From Bugula neritina (Eukaryota > Animalia > Bryozoa), in NCBI GenBank assembly GCA_964035545.1, contig OZ037768.1, positions 14,579,675 through 14,643,674 on the forward strand: a stretch of DNA of 64,000 nt. The letters are read 5' to 3'. The translations under genes were made by a program, and so were the position numbers. A model generated the notes under the pieces. That model searched no databases. It worked only from the letters and a program-made list of their open reading frames with translations, and had not been told where the DNA came from. The stretch's first letter is position 1. Each line of letters opens with the position of its first letter. Positions 28,624-45,555 of the stretch are shown piece by piece.

Positions 28624-31600
28624 CCGAACAATACTTCAAAATACTGAAATATACATAAAAATATTGAATTATACTGAAATACACTGTAACATACTGAAAT
28701 ACACTGTAACATATTGAAATACACTGCAACACATTGAAATATACCGCAACATACCGAAATATTCTGCATCACACTGAAGTATACTGTAATATACAGAAAT
28801 GTATTGTAACACGCTGAAACATGCAGCAACATACTGAAATATACTGCAACACATTGAAGTATACCGCAACATACTGAAATATGCTGTGGCATACTGAAAT
28901 ACACTGCTAGACACTGAAGTATACTGTAATATACAGAAATGTACTGTAACATACTGAAATGTACGGCGACATACTGAAATGTACTGCAACATACTGAAAT
29001 ACACCGAAACAAACTGAATATATGGTAACCTAACGAAATATGTTGCAAACTACTAAAACATACTGAAAGTCACCAAAAAATATTGCAACTGTGCAACATA
29101 ATGGAATATACGGCAAAAACACTGGAATATACTGCAACAACCTAAGAGATACTGCAAAATACTGCAACATACTGAAATACACTGTAACATTTTGAAATAC
29201 ACTGCAAAACATTAAAATATACCGCAACATACTGAAATATATGGTAACCTACTGAAATATACTGTAACACATTGAAATATTATACTGCAACAAACTGAAA
29301 CACACTGCAACACACTAAAGTATACTGTAACGTACAAAAGTTTCTTGTAACTTACTGAAACATGCTGCAGCATTTATAATATACTGCAACACATTGAAAT
29401 AGACTGCAACATACTGAAATACACTGCAACACATTGGAATATACTGCAACAGACCGAAATATATGGTAACCTACTGAAATATGTTACAAACTTCTGAAAC
29501 ATACTGCAACATACTGCAACATAATCAAATATACTGCCACATACTGAAAGATACTGCAACATACCGAAATAAGGCCGCAGCATACTGAAATACACTGCAA
29601 CACACTGAAGTATACTGTAATACACAGATATGTACTGTCCTATACTGAAATACACTGCAACTTACTGAAATACACTGTAACATACTGAATTACACTGCAA
29701 CACACCGGAGTAAACTGTAATATACAGTAATGTACTGTAAAATACTGGAATATACTGCAACATACTGAAAGATATGGTAACCTACTGAAATATGTTACAA
29801 ACTACCGAACAATACTTCAAAATACTGAAATATACATAAAAATATTGAATTATACTGAAATACACTGTAACATACTGAAATACACTGTAACATACCGAAT
29901 TACACTGCAACATACTGCAACATACTGAAATACACTGTAACATAGTGAAATACACTGCAACACATTGAAATATACTGAAATACATTGTAAGATACTGAAA
30001 TACACTGCAACATACTGCAACATTAGGAAATATATGGTAACCTACTGAAATATGTTGCAAAATACTGAAATATACTGTAACATACTAAAACATACTGCAA
30101 CATACTGAAATATAATGCAACATACTAAAATATACTGCAACATACTGCAAAATGCTGAAATAAACTGTAACATTTTGAAATACACTGCAAAACATTAAAA
30201 TATACCGCAACATACCGAAATACATGGTAACCTACTGAAATATACTGTGACACATTGAAATATTATACTGCAACAAACGGAAACACACTGCAACACACTA
30301 AAGTATACTGTAACATACAAAAATTTCCTGTAACATACTGAAACATGCCGCAGCATTTATAATATACTGCAACACATTGAAATAGACTGCAACATACTGA
30401 AATGTGCTCTAGCATACTGAAATACACTGCAACACACTGAAGTATACTGTAATATACAGAAATGTACTAGAAAACCCTGAAATATATTTCAACATACTGA
30501 AAACTACCTAAAAACATTGAAACATACTGAAATACACTGCAACATACTGCAACATAATGAAATATATAGTAACCTACTGAAATATGTTGAAAACTACTGA
30601 AATATACTGCAACATAATGCAACGTCATGAAAGATACTGCAACATACTGAAATATACTGCAAGATACTGCAACATACTGAAATACACCGTAACATACTGA
30701 AATACACTGTAACATATTGAAATACACTGTAGCATATTGAAATACACTGCAACATACTGCAACATACTGAAATACACTGCAACACATCGAAATATACTGC
30801 AACATACCGAAATATATGGTAACCTACTGAAATATGTTACAAACTACTGAAACATACTGCAACATACTGTAACATAATGAAATATACTGCAACATACTGA
30901 AAGATACTGCAACATACTGCAACATACTGAAATACACTGTAACATACTGAAATATGCTGCAACATACTGAAACAGACTGCAAGATACTGCAACATACTGA
31001 AATACATCGTAAGATACTGAAATACACTGCAACATGCTGCAACATCCTGCAACATATTGAAACACACTGTAACACATTGAAAAACACTGCAACCCATTGA
31101 AATATACTGCAACATACTGAAACATACGGCAACATACTGAAATATACTGCGACACATTGAAATAAACTGCAACATACTGAAATATGCTGTAGCATACTTA
31201 ATAACACTGCAACACACTGAAGTATACTGTAATATACAGAAATGTAATGTAACATACTGAAACATACGTCAACATACTGAAATGTACAGCAACATGCTGA
31301 AATATACTGCAACATACTGAAATACACTGCAACATACTGAATTACACTGCAACATACTGAAACACACTGCAACACACTAAAGTAAACTGTAATAAACAGA
31401 AATGTACTGTGACATACTGAAACTTGCGGCAATATATTGAAATATACTGCAACACATTGAAATATACTGCAACATACTGAAATGTGGTGTAGCATACTGA
31501 AATACACTGCAACACACTGAAGTATACTGTAATATACAGAAATGTACTGTAAAACACTGAAATATATTTCAACATACAGAAAACTACCTAAAAGTATTGA

Positions 31601-34600
31601 AACATACTGAAATACACTGTAACATACTGAAATACACTGCAACACATTGGAATATACTGCAACATACTGAAATATATGGTAACCTACTGAAATATGTTAC
31701 AAACTACTGAAATATACTGCAATATACTGCGACACATTGAAATATACTGCAACATACTGTAATATGCTCTAGCATACTGAAATACACTGCAACACACTGA
31801 AGTATACTGTAATATACAGAATATTACTGTAACATACTGAAACATACGTCAACATACTGAAATGTACTGCAAGATGCTGGAATATACTGCAACATACTGA
31901 AATACACTGTAACATACTGAATTACACTGCAACATACTGAAATACACTGTAACATATTAAATTACACTGCAACACACTGAAATATACTGAAACAACCTAA
32001 GAGATACTGCAAAATACTGCAACATACTGAAATACACTGTAACATACGGAATTACACTGCAACATACTGCAACATACTGAAATACACTGTAACATAGTGA
32101 AATACACTGCAACACATTGAAATATACTGAAACACATTGTAAGATACTGAAATACACTGCAACATACTGCAACATTAGGAAATATATGGTAACCTACTGA
32201 AATATGTTGCAAAATACTGAAATATACTGTAACATACTAAGACATACTGCAACATACTGAAACATAATGCAACATACTGAAATATACTGCAACATACTGC
32301 AACATACTGAAATACTCTGTAACATACTGAAATACACTGCAACACACTGAAACCTATTGAAATGTACTGTAACATATTGAAATACACTGCAACATACTGC
32401 AAAATGCTAAAATAAACTGTAACATTTTGATATACACTGCAAAACATTAAAATATACCGCAACATACCGAAATATATGGTAACCTACTGAAATATACTGT
32501 AACACATTGAAATATTATACTGCAACAAACTGAAACACACTACAACACACTAAAGTATACTGTAACATACAAAAATTTCCTGTAACATACTGAAACATGC
32601 CGCAGCATTTATAATATACTGCAAAACATTGAAATAGACTGCAACATACCGAATAGTGCTGTAGCATACTGAAATACACTGCAACACACTGAAGTATACT
32701 GTAATATACAGAAATGTACTAGAAAACCCTGAAATATATTTCAACATACTGAAAACTACCTAAAAACATTGAAACATACTGAAATACACTGTAACATACT
32801 GAAATATACTGCAACACATTGGAATATACTGCAACATACCGAAATATATGGTAACCTACTGAAATATGTTACAAACTACTGAAACATACTGCAACATACT
32901 GCAACATAATCAAATATACTGCAACATCCTGAAATATACTGCAACATACTGCAACATACTGAAATACACTGTAACATACAGAATTACACTGCAACATACT
33001 GCAACATACTGAAATACACTGTAACATAGTGAAATACACTGCAACACATTGAAATATACTGCAACATACCGAAGTATATGTTAACCTACTGAAATATGTT
33101 GCAAACCACTGAAACGTACTGCAACATACTGCAACAAAAAGAAATATACTGTAACACACTGAAACTTACTGCAAAATACTGAAATATACTGTAACATACT
33201 AAAACATACTGCGACATACTGAAATAGAATACAACATACTGAATTACACTGCAACATACTGAAATAAACTTCAACATACTGAAATATACCTAAAAATATT
33301 GGAACATACTGAAATACCCTGTAAGATACTGAAATACACTGCAACACATTGGAATATACTGCAACATACCAAAAAATATGGTAACCCACTGAAATATGTT
33401 ACAAACTACTGAAGCATACTGCAACATACTGCAACATACTGAAACATACGGCAACATACTGAAATATACTGTGAGACAATGAAATATACTGCAACATACT
33501 GAAATATGCTGTAGCACACTGAAATACACCGCAACACACTGAAGTGTACTGTAATATACAGAAATATACTGTAACATACGGAAACCTACGTCAACATGCT
33601 GAAATATACTGCAACATACAAAATACACTGCAACACACTGCAACATACTGAAATATACTGTATCATATTGAAATACACTGCAACATACTGAAATACACTG
33701 TAACCTCTCTAAATTCACTGCAACACATTGAAATATACCGCAACATACCGAAGTATATAGTAGCCTACTGAAATATACTGAAATACATTGTAAGGTACTG
33801 AAATACACTGCAACATACGGCAACATAATGAAATATATAGTAACCTACTGAAATATGTTGAGAAGTACCTAAATATACTGCAACATAATGCAACATCATG
33901 AAAGATACTGCAACATACTGAAATACACTGCAAGATACTGCAACATACTGAAATACACCGTAACATACTGAAACACACTGCAACATACCGGAGTAAACTG
34001 TAATATACAGTAATGTACTGTAAAATACTGAAATATACTGCAACATACTGAAAGATATGGTAACCTACTGAAATATGTTACAAACTACCGAACAATACTT
34101 CAAAATACTGAAATATACATAAAAATATTTAATTATACTGAAATACACTGTAACAAACTGAAATACACTGTAACATATTGAAATACACTGCAACACATTG
34201 AAATATACCGCAACATACCGAAATACTCTGCATCACACTGAAGTATACTGTAATATACAGAAATGTATTGTAACACGCTGAAACATGCAGCAACATACTG
34301 AAATATACTGCAACACATTGAAGTATACCGCAACATACTGAAAAATGCTGTGGCATACTGAAATACACTGCTAGACACTGAAGTATACTGTAATATACAG
34401 AAATGTAATGTAACATACTGAAATACACCGAAACAAACTGAATATATGGTAACCTAACGAAATATGTTGCAAACTACTAAAATATACTGAAAGTCACCAA
34501 AAAATATCGCAACTGTGCAACATAATGGAATATACGGCAAAAACACTGGAATATACTGCAACAACCTAAGAGATACTGCAAAATACTGCAACATACTGAA

Positions 34601-36009
34601 ATACACTGTAACATAAGGAATTACACTGCAACATACTGCAACATACTGAAATACACTGCAACACATTGAAATATACTGAAATACATTGTAAGATACTGAA
34701 ATACACTGCAACACACTAAGGTATACTGTAACATACAAAAATTTACTGTAACATACTGAAACATGCCGCAGCATTTATAATATACTGCAACAGATTGAAA
34801 TATACTGCACCATACTGAAATATGCTGTAGCATACTGAAATACACTGCAACACACTGAAGTATACTGTAATATACAGAAATGTACTGTAAAATACTGAAA
34901 TATACTTCAACATACTGAAATATACCTAAAAATGTTGAAACATACTGAAATACACTGTAACATACTGAAATACACTGCAACACATTGGAATAAACTGCAA
35001 CATACCGAAATATATGGTAACCTACTGAAATATGACAAACTACTGAAATATACTGCAACATACTGCAACATAATGAAATATACTGCAACATACTGAAAGA
35101 TACTGCAACATACTGGATTATACTGTGGCCTACTGAATCACATTGTAACATTTTGAAATATGATGTAACACACTGAAACATACTGCGACATACTGAAAAT
35201 TACCGGGACATACTGGAATAAACAGAGACACGCTAAAGTTTTATGCAACATACTGAAAGATACTGCAATATACCGAAGTATACTGTAACATATTGAAATA
35301 TGCTGTAGCATACTGAACTACACTGCAACATGCTGCACCCTACTGAAGTACACTGCAAAACTTTGAAATATACTGCAACATACCGAAATATATGGTAACC
35401 TACTGAAATATGTTGCAAACCACTGAAACATACTGCAACATACTGCAACAAAATGAAATATACTGTATCACACTGAAAAATACTGCAAAATACTGAAATA
35501 TACTGTAACATACTAAAACATACTGCGACATACTGAAATATAATACAACATACTGAATTACACTCCAACATACTGCAACATACTGAAATACTCTGTAACA
35601 TACTGAAATACACTGCAACACACTGAAACCTTTTGAAATGTACTGTAACATATTGAAATACACTGCAACAAACTGCAAAATGCTGAAATACACTGTAACA
35701 TTTTGAAAAACACTGCAAAACATTAAAATATACCGCAACATACCGAAATATATGGTAACCTACTGAAATATACTGTAACACATTGAAATATTATACTGCA
35801 ACAAACTGAAACACACTGCAACACACTAAAGTATACTGTAACATACAACAATTTTTTGTAACATACTGAAACATGCTGCAGCATTTATAATATACTGCAA
35901 CACATTGAAATAGACTGCAACATACTGAAATACACTGCAACACATTAGAATATACTGCAACATACCGAAATATATGGTAACCTACTGAAATATGTTACAA
36001 ACTTCTGAA

Positions 36010-39000
36010 ACATACTGCAACATACTGCAACATAATCAAATATACTGCCACATACTGAAAGATACTGCAACATACCGAAATAGGCCGCAGCATACTGAAA
36101 TACACTGCAACACACTGAAGTATACTGTAATACACAGATATGTACTGTCCTATACTGAAATACACTGCAACTTACTGAAATACACTGTAACATACTGAAT
36201 TACACTGCAACACACCGGAGTAAACTGTAATATACAGTAATGTACTGTAAAATACTGGAATATACTGCAATATACTGAAAGATATGGTAACCTACTGAAA
36301 TATGTTACAAACTACCGAACAATACTTCAAAATACTGAAATATACATAAAAATATTGAATTATACTGAAATACTCTGTAACATACTGAAATACACTGTAA
36401 CATATTGAAATACACTGCAACACATTGAAATATACCGCAACATACCGAAATATTCTGCATCACACTAAAGTATACTGTAATATACAGAAATGTATTGTAA
36501 CACGCTGAAACATGCAGCAACATACTGAAATATACTGCAACATATTGAAGTATACCGCAACATACTGAAATATGCTGTGGCATACTGAAATACACTGCTA
36601 GACACTGAAGTATACTGTAATATACAGAAATGTACTGTAACATACTGAAATGTACGGCGACATACTGAAATGTACTGCAACATACTGAAATACACCGAAA
36701 CAAACTGAATATATGGTAACCTAACGAAATATGTTGCAAACTACTAAAATATACTGAAAGTCACCAAAAAATATTGCAACTGTGCAACATAATGGAATAT
36801 ACGGCAAAAACACTGGAATATACTGCAACAACCTAAGAGATACTGCAAAATACTGCAACATACTGAAATACACTGTAACATTTTGAAATACACTGCAAAA
36901 CGTTAAAATATACCGCAACATACTGAAATATATGGTAACCTACTGAAATATACTGTAACACATTGAAATATTATACTGCAACAAACTGAAACACACTGCA
37001 ACACACTAAAGTATACTGTAACATACAAAAGTTTCTTGTAATTTACTGAAACATGCTGCAGCATTTATAATATACTGCAACACATTGAAATAGACTGCAA
37101 CATACTGAAATACACTGCAACACATTGGAATATACTGCAACATACCGAAATATATGGTAACCTACTGAAATATGTTACAAACTTCTGAAACATACTGCAA
37201 CATACTGCAACATAATGAAATATACTGCCACATACTGAAAGATACTGCAACATACCGAAATAGGCCGCAGCATACTGAAATACACTGCAACACACTGAAG
37301 TATACTGTAATACACAGATATGTACTGTCCTATACTGAAATACACTGCAACTTACTGAAATACACAGTAACATACTGAATTACACTGCAACACACCGGAG
37401 TAAACTGTAATATACAGTAATGTACTGTAAAATACCGGAATATACTGCAACATATTGAAAGATATGGTAACCTACTGAAATATGTTACAAACTACCGAAC
37501 AATACTTCAAAATACTGAAATATACATAAAAATATTGAATTATACTGAAATACACTGTAACATACTGAAATACACTGTAACATACCGAATTCCACTGCAA
37601 CATACTGCAACATACTGAAATACACTGTAACATAGTGAAATACACTGCAACACATTGAAATATACTGAAATACATTGTAAGATACTGAAATACACTGCAA
37701 CATACTGCAACATTAGGAAATATATGGTAACCTACTGAAATATGTTGCAAAATACTGAAATATACTGTAACATACTAAGACATACTGCAACATACTGAAA
37801 TATAATGCAACATACTAAAATATACTGCAACATACTGCAACATACTGAAATACTCTGTAACATACTGAAATACACTGCAACACACTGAAACCTATTGAAA
37901 TGTACTGTAACATATTGAAATACACTGCAACATACTGCAAAATGCTGAAATAAACTGTAACATTTTGAAATACACTGCAAAACATTAAAATATACCGCAA
38001 CATACCGAAATAAATGGTAACCTACTGAAATATACTGTAACACATTGAAATATTATACTGCAACAAACTGAAACACACTGCAACACACTAAAGTATACTG
38101 TAACATACAAAAATTTCCTGTAACATACTGAAACATGCCGCAGCATTTATAATATACTGCAACACATTGAAATAGACTGCAACATACTGAAATGTGCTGT
38201 AGCATACTGAAATACACTGCAACACACTGAAGTATACTGTAATATACAGAAATGTACTAGAAAACCCTGAAATATATTTCAACATACTGAAAACTACCTA
38301 AAAACATTGAAACATACTGAAATACACTGCAACATACTGCAACATAATAAAATATATAGTAACCTACTGAAATATGTTGAAAACTACTGAAATATACTGC
38401 AACATAATGCAACGTCATGAAAGATACTGCAACATACTGAAATATACTGCAAGATACTGCAACATACTGAAATACACCGTAACATACTGAAATACACTGT
38501 AACATATTGAAATACACTGTAGCATATTGAAATACACTGCAACATACTGCAACATAATGAAATACACTGCAACACATCGAAATATACTGCAACATACCGA
38601 AATATATGGTAACCTACTGAAATATGTTACAAACTACTGAAACAAACTGCAACATTCTGTAACATAATGAAATATACTGCAACATACTGAAAGATACTGC
38701 AACATACTGCAACATACTGAAATACACTGTAACATACTGAAATATGCTGCAACATACTGAAACAGACTGCAAGATACTGCAACATACTGAAATACATCGT
38801 AAGATACTGAAATACACTGCAACATGCTGCAACATCCTGCAACATATTGAAACACACTGTAACACATTGAAAAACACTGCAACCCATTGAAATATACTGC
38901 AACATACTGAAACATACGGCAACATACGGAAATATACTGCGACACATTGAAATAAACTGCAACATACTGAAATATGCTGTAGCATACTGAATAACACTGC

Positions 39001-42000
39001 AACACACTGAAGTATACTGTAATATACAGAAATGTAATGTAACATACTGAAACATACGTCAACATACTGAAATGTACAGCAACATGCTGAAATATACTGC
39101 AACATACTGAAATACACTGCAACATACCGAATTACACTGCAACATACTGAAACACACCGCAACACACTAAAGTAAACTGTAATAAACAGAAATGTACTGT
39201 GACATACTGAAACATGCGGCAATATATTGAAATATACTGCAACACATTGAAATATACTGCAACATACTGAAATGTGGTGTAGCATACTGAAATACACTGC
39301 AACACACTGAAGTATACTGTAATATACAGAAATGTACTGTAAAACACTGAAATATATTTCAACATACAGAAAACTACCTAAAAGTATTGAAACATACTGA
39401 AATACACTGTAACATACTGAAATACACTGCAACACATTGGAATATACTGCAACATACTGAAATATATGGTAACCTACTGAAATATGTTACAAACTACTGA
39501 AATATACTGCAATATACTGCGACACATTGAAATATACTGCAACATACTGTAATATGCTCTAGCATACTGAAATACACTGCAACACACTGAAGTATACTGT
39601 AATATACAGAATATTACTGTAACATACTGAAACATACGTCAACATACTGAAATGTACTGCAAGAGGCTGAAATATACTGCAACATACTGAAATACACTGT
39701 AACATACTGAATTACACTGCAACATACTGAAATACACTGTAACATATTAAATTACACTGCAACACACTGAAATATACTGAAACATACCGAAATATATGGT
39801 AACCTACTGAAATATGTTGCAAACTACTGAAACATACTGCAACATCCTGCAACAAAACGAAATATACTGTAATACACTGAAACATACTGCATAATACTGA
39901 AACCAACTGTAACATACTAAGACATACTGCAACATACTGATATATAATGCAAAATACTGAAATATACTGCAACATACAAAATACAATGCAACACACTGCA
40001 ACATACTGAAATATACTGTATCATATTGAAATACACTGCAACATACTGAAATACACTGTAACCTCTCTAAATTCACTGCAACACATTGAAATATACCGCA
40101 ACATACCGAAGTATATAGTAGCCTACTGAAATATACTGAAATACATTGTAAGGTACTGAAATACACTGCAACATACTGCAACATAATGAAATATATAGTA
40201 ACCTACTGAAATATGTTGAGAAGTACCTAAATATACTGCAACATAATGCAACATCATGAAAGATACTGCAACATACTGAAATATACTGCAAGATACTGCA
40301 ACATACTGAAATACACCGTAACATACTGAAACACACTGCAACATACCGAAATATATGGTAACCTACTGAAATATGTTACAAACTATTGAAACATACTGAA
40401 ACATACGGCAACATACTGAAATATACTGCCAAACATACTGATATATAATGCAAAATACTGAAATATACTGCAACATACTGAAATACACTGCAATACGCTG
40501 AAGTAAACTGTAATAAACAGAAATGTACTGTGACATACTGAAACATGCGGCAATATATTGAAATATACTGCAACACATTGAAATATACTGCAACATACTG
40601 AAATGTGGTGTAGCATACTGAAATACACTGCAACACACTGAAGTATACTGTAATATACAGAAATGTACTGTAAAACACTGAAATATATTTCAACATACAG
40701 AAAACTACCTAAAAGTATTGAAACATACCGAAATACACTGTGACATACTGAAATACACTGCAACACATTGGAATATACTGCAACATACCGAAATATATGG
40801 TAACCCCACTGATTTATGTTACAAACTACTGAAATATACTGCAATATACTGCGACACATTGAAATATTCTGCAACATACTGAAAGTTACTGCAACATACT
40901 GGATTATACTGTGGCCTACTGAATCACATTGTAACATTTTGAAATATGATGTAACACACTGAAACATACTGCGACATACTGAAAATTACCGGAACATACT
41001 GGAATAAACAGAGACACGTTAAAATTGTATGCAACATATTGAGAGATACTGCAATATACCGAAGTATACTGTAACATATTGAAATATGCTGTAGCATACT
41101 GAACTACACTGCAACATACTGCACCCTACTGAAGTACACTACAAAACTTTGAAATATACTGCAACATACCGAAATATGTGGTAGCCTACTGAAATATGTT
41201 GCAAACCACTGAAACATACTGCAACATACTGCAACAAAATGAAATCTACTGTAACACACTGAAACATACTGCAAAATACTGAAATATACTGTAACATACT
41301 AAAACATACTGCGACATACTGAAATATAATACAACATACTGAATTACACTCCAACATACTGAAATAAACTTCAACATACTGAAATATACCTAAAAACAAT
41401 GAAATATACGGAAATACACTGTAAGATACTGAAATACACTGCAACACATTAAAATATACTGCAACATATCAACAAATATGGTAACCTACTGAAATATGTT
41501 ACAAACTACTGAGGCATACAGCAACATACTGCAACATAATGAAATACACTGCAACATACTGAAAGATACTGCTAGATACTGCAACATACTGAAATACACT
41601 GTAAGAGACTGAAATACACTGCAACATACTGCATTATACTGCAACATACTGCAACATATTGAAATACACCGTAACATATTAAAAAATACTGCAACACATT
41701 GAAATATACTGCAACATACTGAAACATACGGCAACATACTGAAATATACTGCGACACATTGAAATATACTGCAACATACTGAAATGTGGTGTAGCATACT
41801 GAAATACACTGCAACACACTGAAGTATACTGTAATATACAGAAATGTACTGTAAAACACTGAAATATATTTCAACATACAGAAAACTACCTAAAAGTATT
41901 GAAACATACTGAAATACACTGTAACATACTGAAATACACTGCAACACATTGGAATATACTGCAACATACCGAAATATATGGTAACCCCACTGAATTATGT

Positions 42001-43942
42001 TACAAACTACTGAAATATACTGCAATATACTGCGACACATTGAAATATACTGCAACATACTGAAAGTTACTGCAACATACTGGATTATACTGTGGCCTAC
42101 TGAATCACATTGTAACATTTTGAAATATGATGTAACACACTGAAACATACTGCGACATACTGAAAATTACCGGAACATACTGGAATAAACAGAGACACGC
42201 TAAATTTTTATGCAACATATTGAGAGATACTGCAATATACCGAAGTATACTGTAACATATTGAAATATGCTGTAGCATACCTAACCACACTGCAACATAC
42301 TGCACCCTACTGAAGCACACTGCCAAACTTTGAAATATACTGCAACATACCGAAATATATGGTAACCTACTGAAAAATGTTGCAAACCACTGAAACATAC
42401 TGCAACAAACTGCAACAAAATGAAATATACTGTAACACACTGAAACATACTGCAAAATACTGAAATATACTGTAACATACTAAAACATACTGCGACATAC
42501 TGAAATATAATACAACATACCGAATTACACTCCAACATACTGAAATAAACTTCAACATACTGAAATATACCTAAAAACAATGAAACATACTGAAATACAC
42601 TGTAAGATACTGAAATACACTGCACCACATTAAAATATACTGCAACATACCAAAAAATATGGTAACCTACTGAAATATGTTACAAACTACTGAAACATAC
42701 TGCAACATACTGCAACATAATGAAATATACTGCAACATACTGAAAGATACTCCTAGATACTGCAACATACTGAAATACATTGTAAGAGACTGAAATACAC
42801 TGCAACATACTGCATTATACTGCAACATACTGCAACATATTGAAATACACCGTAACATATTGAAAAACACTGCAACACATTGAAATATACTGCAACATAC
42901 TGAAACATACGGCAACATACTGAAATATACTGCGACACATTGAAATATACTGCAACATACTGTAATATGCTGTAGCATACTGAAATACACTGCAACACAC
43001 TGAAATATACTGTAATATACAGAATATTACTGTAACATACTAAAACATGCGACAACATATTGAAATATAATGCAACACATTGAAATATACAGCAACATGC
43101 CGAAATATATGGTAACCTACTGAAATATGTTGCAAACTACTGAAACATACTGCAACATCCTGCAACAAAAACGAAATATACTGTAATACACTGAAACATA
43201 CTGCAAAATACTGAAATTAACTGTAACATACTAAGACATACTGCAACATACTGATATATAATGCAACATACTGAAATATACTGCAACATACAAAATACAG
43301 TGCAACACACTGCAACATACTGAAATATACTGTATCATATTGAAATACACTGCAACATACTGCATTATACTGCCACATATTGAAATACTCTGTAACATAT
43401 TGAAAAACACTGCAACACATTGAAATACACTGCAACATACTGCAACAAACTGAAATACACTGTAACATCTTGAATTACACTGCAACACTTTGAAATATAC
43501 CGCAACATACCGAAGTATATGGTAGCCTACTGAAATATACTGTAACACATTGAAATATACTGCAACATACCGAAATACACTGCAACACACTAAAGTATAC
43601 TGTAATAAACAGAAATGTGCTGTAACATACTGAAACATGCGGCAACATACTGAAATATACTGCGACACATTGAAATATACTGCAACATACTGAAATGTGG
43701 TGTAGCATACTGAAATACACTGCAACACACTGAAGTATGCTGTAATATACAGAAATGTACTGTAAAACACTGAAATATATTTCAACATACAGAAAACTAC
43801 CTAAAAGTCTTGAAACATACTGAAATACACTGTAACATACTGAAATACACTGCAACACATTGGAATATACTGCAACATACCGAAATATATGGTAACCCCA
43901 CTGAATTATGTTACAAACTACTGAAATATACTGCAATATACT
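36010..43942 (+). repeat. First copy of a near-identical ~7.9-kb segmental duplication (offset 20058 bp)
   Basis: The ORFs from 36305 to 43475 recur at +20058 (e.g. 36305/56363, 38614/58672, 43231/63289). Shared private variants include AAGAGGCTG (39661/59719) and the 5-A CAACAAAAACG (~43163/~63221). Confidence 0.96.
40570..42960 (+). repeat. Tandem duplication, period 1181 bp
   Basis: GTGGTGTAGC occurs at 40605 and 41786. ORF ends at 40967/42148 and 41447/42628 are offset by 1181. Confidence 0.85.
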
Positions 43943-45555
43943 GCGACACATTGAAATATACTGCAACATACTAAAAGTTACTGCAACATACTGGATTATA
44001 CTGTGGCCTACTGAATCACATTGTAACATTTTGAAATATGATGTAACACACTGAAACATACTGCGACATACTGAAAATTACCGGAACATACTGGAATAAA
44101 CAGAGACACGCTAAAATTTTATGCAACATATTGAGAGATGCTGCAATATACCGAAGTATACTGTAACATATTGAAATATGCTGTAGCATACTGAACCACA
44201 CTGCAACATACTGCAGCCTACTGAAGTACACTGCAAAACTTTGAAATATACTGCAACATACCGAAATATATGGTAACCTACTGAAAAATGTAGCAAACCA
44301 CTGAAACATACTGCAACAAACTGCAACAAAATGAAATATACTGTAACACACTGAAACAGACTGCAAAATACTGAAATATACTGTAACATACTAAAACATA
44401 CTGCGACATACTGAAATATAATACAACATACTGAATTACACTCCAACATACTGAAATAAACTTCAACATACTGAAATATACCTAAAAACAATGAAATATA
44501 CGGAAATACACTGTAAGATACTGAAATACACTGCAACACATTAAAACATACTGCAACATATCAACAAATATGGTAACCTGCTGAAATATGTTACAAACTA
44601 CTGAAGCATACAGCAACATACTGCAACATAATGAAATACACTGCAACATACTGAAAGATACTCCTAGATACTGCAACATACTGAAATACATTGTAAGAGA
44701 CTGAAATACACTGCAACATACTGCATTATACTGCAACATACTGCAACATATTGAAATACACCGTAACATATTGAAAAACACTGCAACACATTGAAATATA
44801 CTGCAACATACTGAAACATACGGCAACATACTGAAATATACTGCGACACATTGAAATATACTGCAACATACTGTAATATGCTGTAGCATACTGAAATACA
44901 CTGCAACACACTGAAATATACTGTAATATACAGAATATTACTGTAACATACTAAAACATGCGACAACATATTGAAATATAATGCAACACATTGAAATATA
45001 CAGCAACATGCCGAATTATATGGTAACCTCCTGAAATATGTTGCAAACTACTGAAACATACTGCAACATCCTGCAACAAAACGAAATATACTGTAATACA
45101 CTGAAACATACTGCAAAATACTGAAATTAACTGTAACATACTAAGACATACTGCGACATACTGATATATAATGCAACATACTGAAATATACTGCAACATA
45201 CAAAATACAGTGCAACACACTGCAACATACTGAAATATACTGTATCATATTGAAATACACTGCAACATACTGCATTATACTGCCACATATTGAAATACTC
45301 TGTAACATATTGAAAAACACTGCAACACATTGAAATACACTGCAACATACTGCAACAAACTGAAATACACTGTAACATCTTGAATTACACTGCAACACTT
45401 TGAAATATACCGCAACATACCGAAGTATATGGTAGCCTACTGAAATATACTGTAACACATTGAAATATACTGCAACATACCGAAATACACTGCAACACAC
45501 TAAAGTATACTGTAATAAACAGAAATGTGCTGTAACATACTGAAACATGCGGCAA
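41730..45555 (+). repeat. Tandem duplication, period 1911/1910 bp
   Basis: GTGGTGTAGC occurs at 41786 and 43697. ORF pairs 42105/44016 and 42753/44664 are offset by 1911. The pair 43217/45127 is offset by 1910 after a 1-bp A-run indel. Confidence 0.88.
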
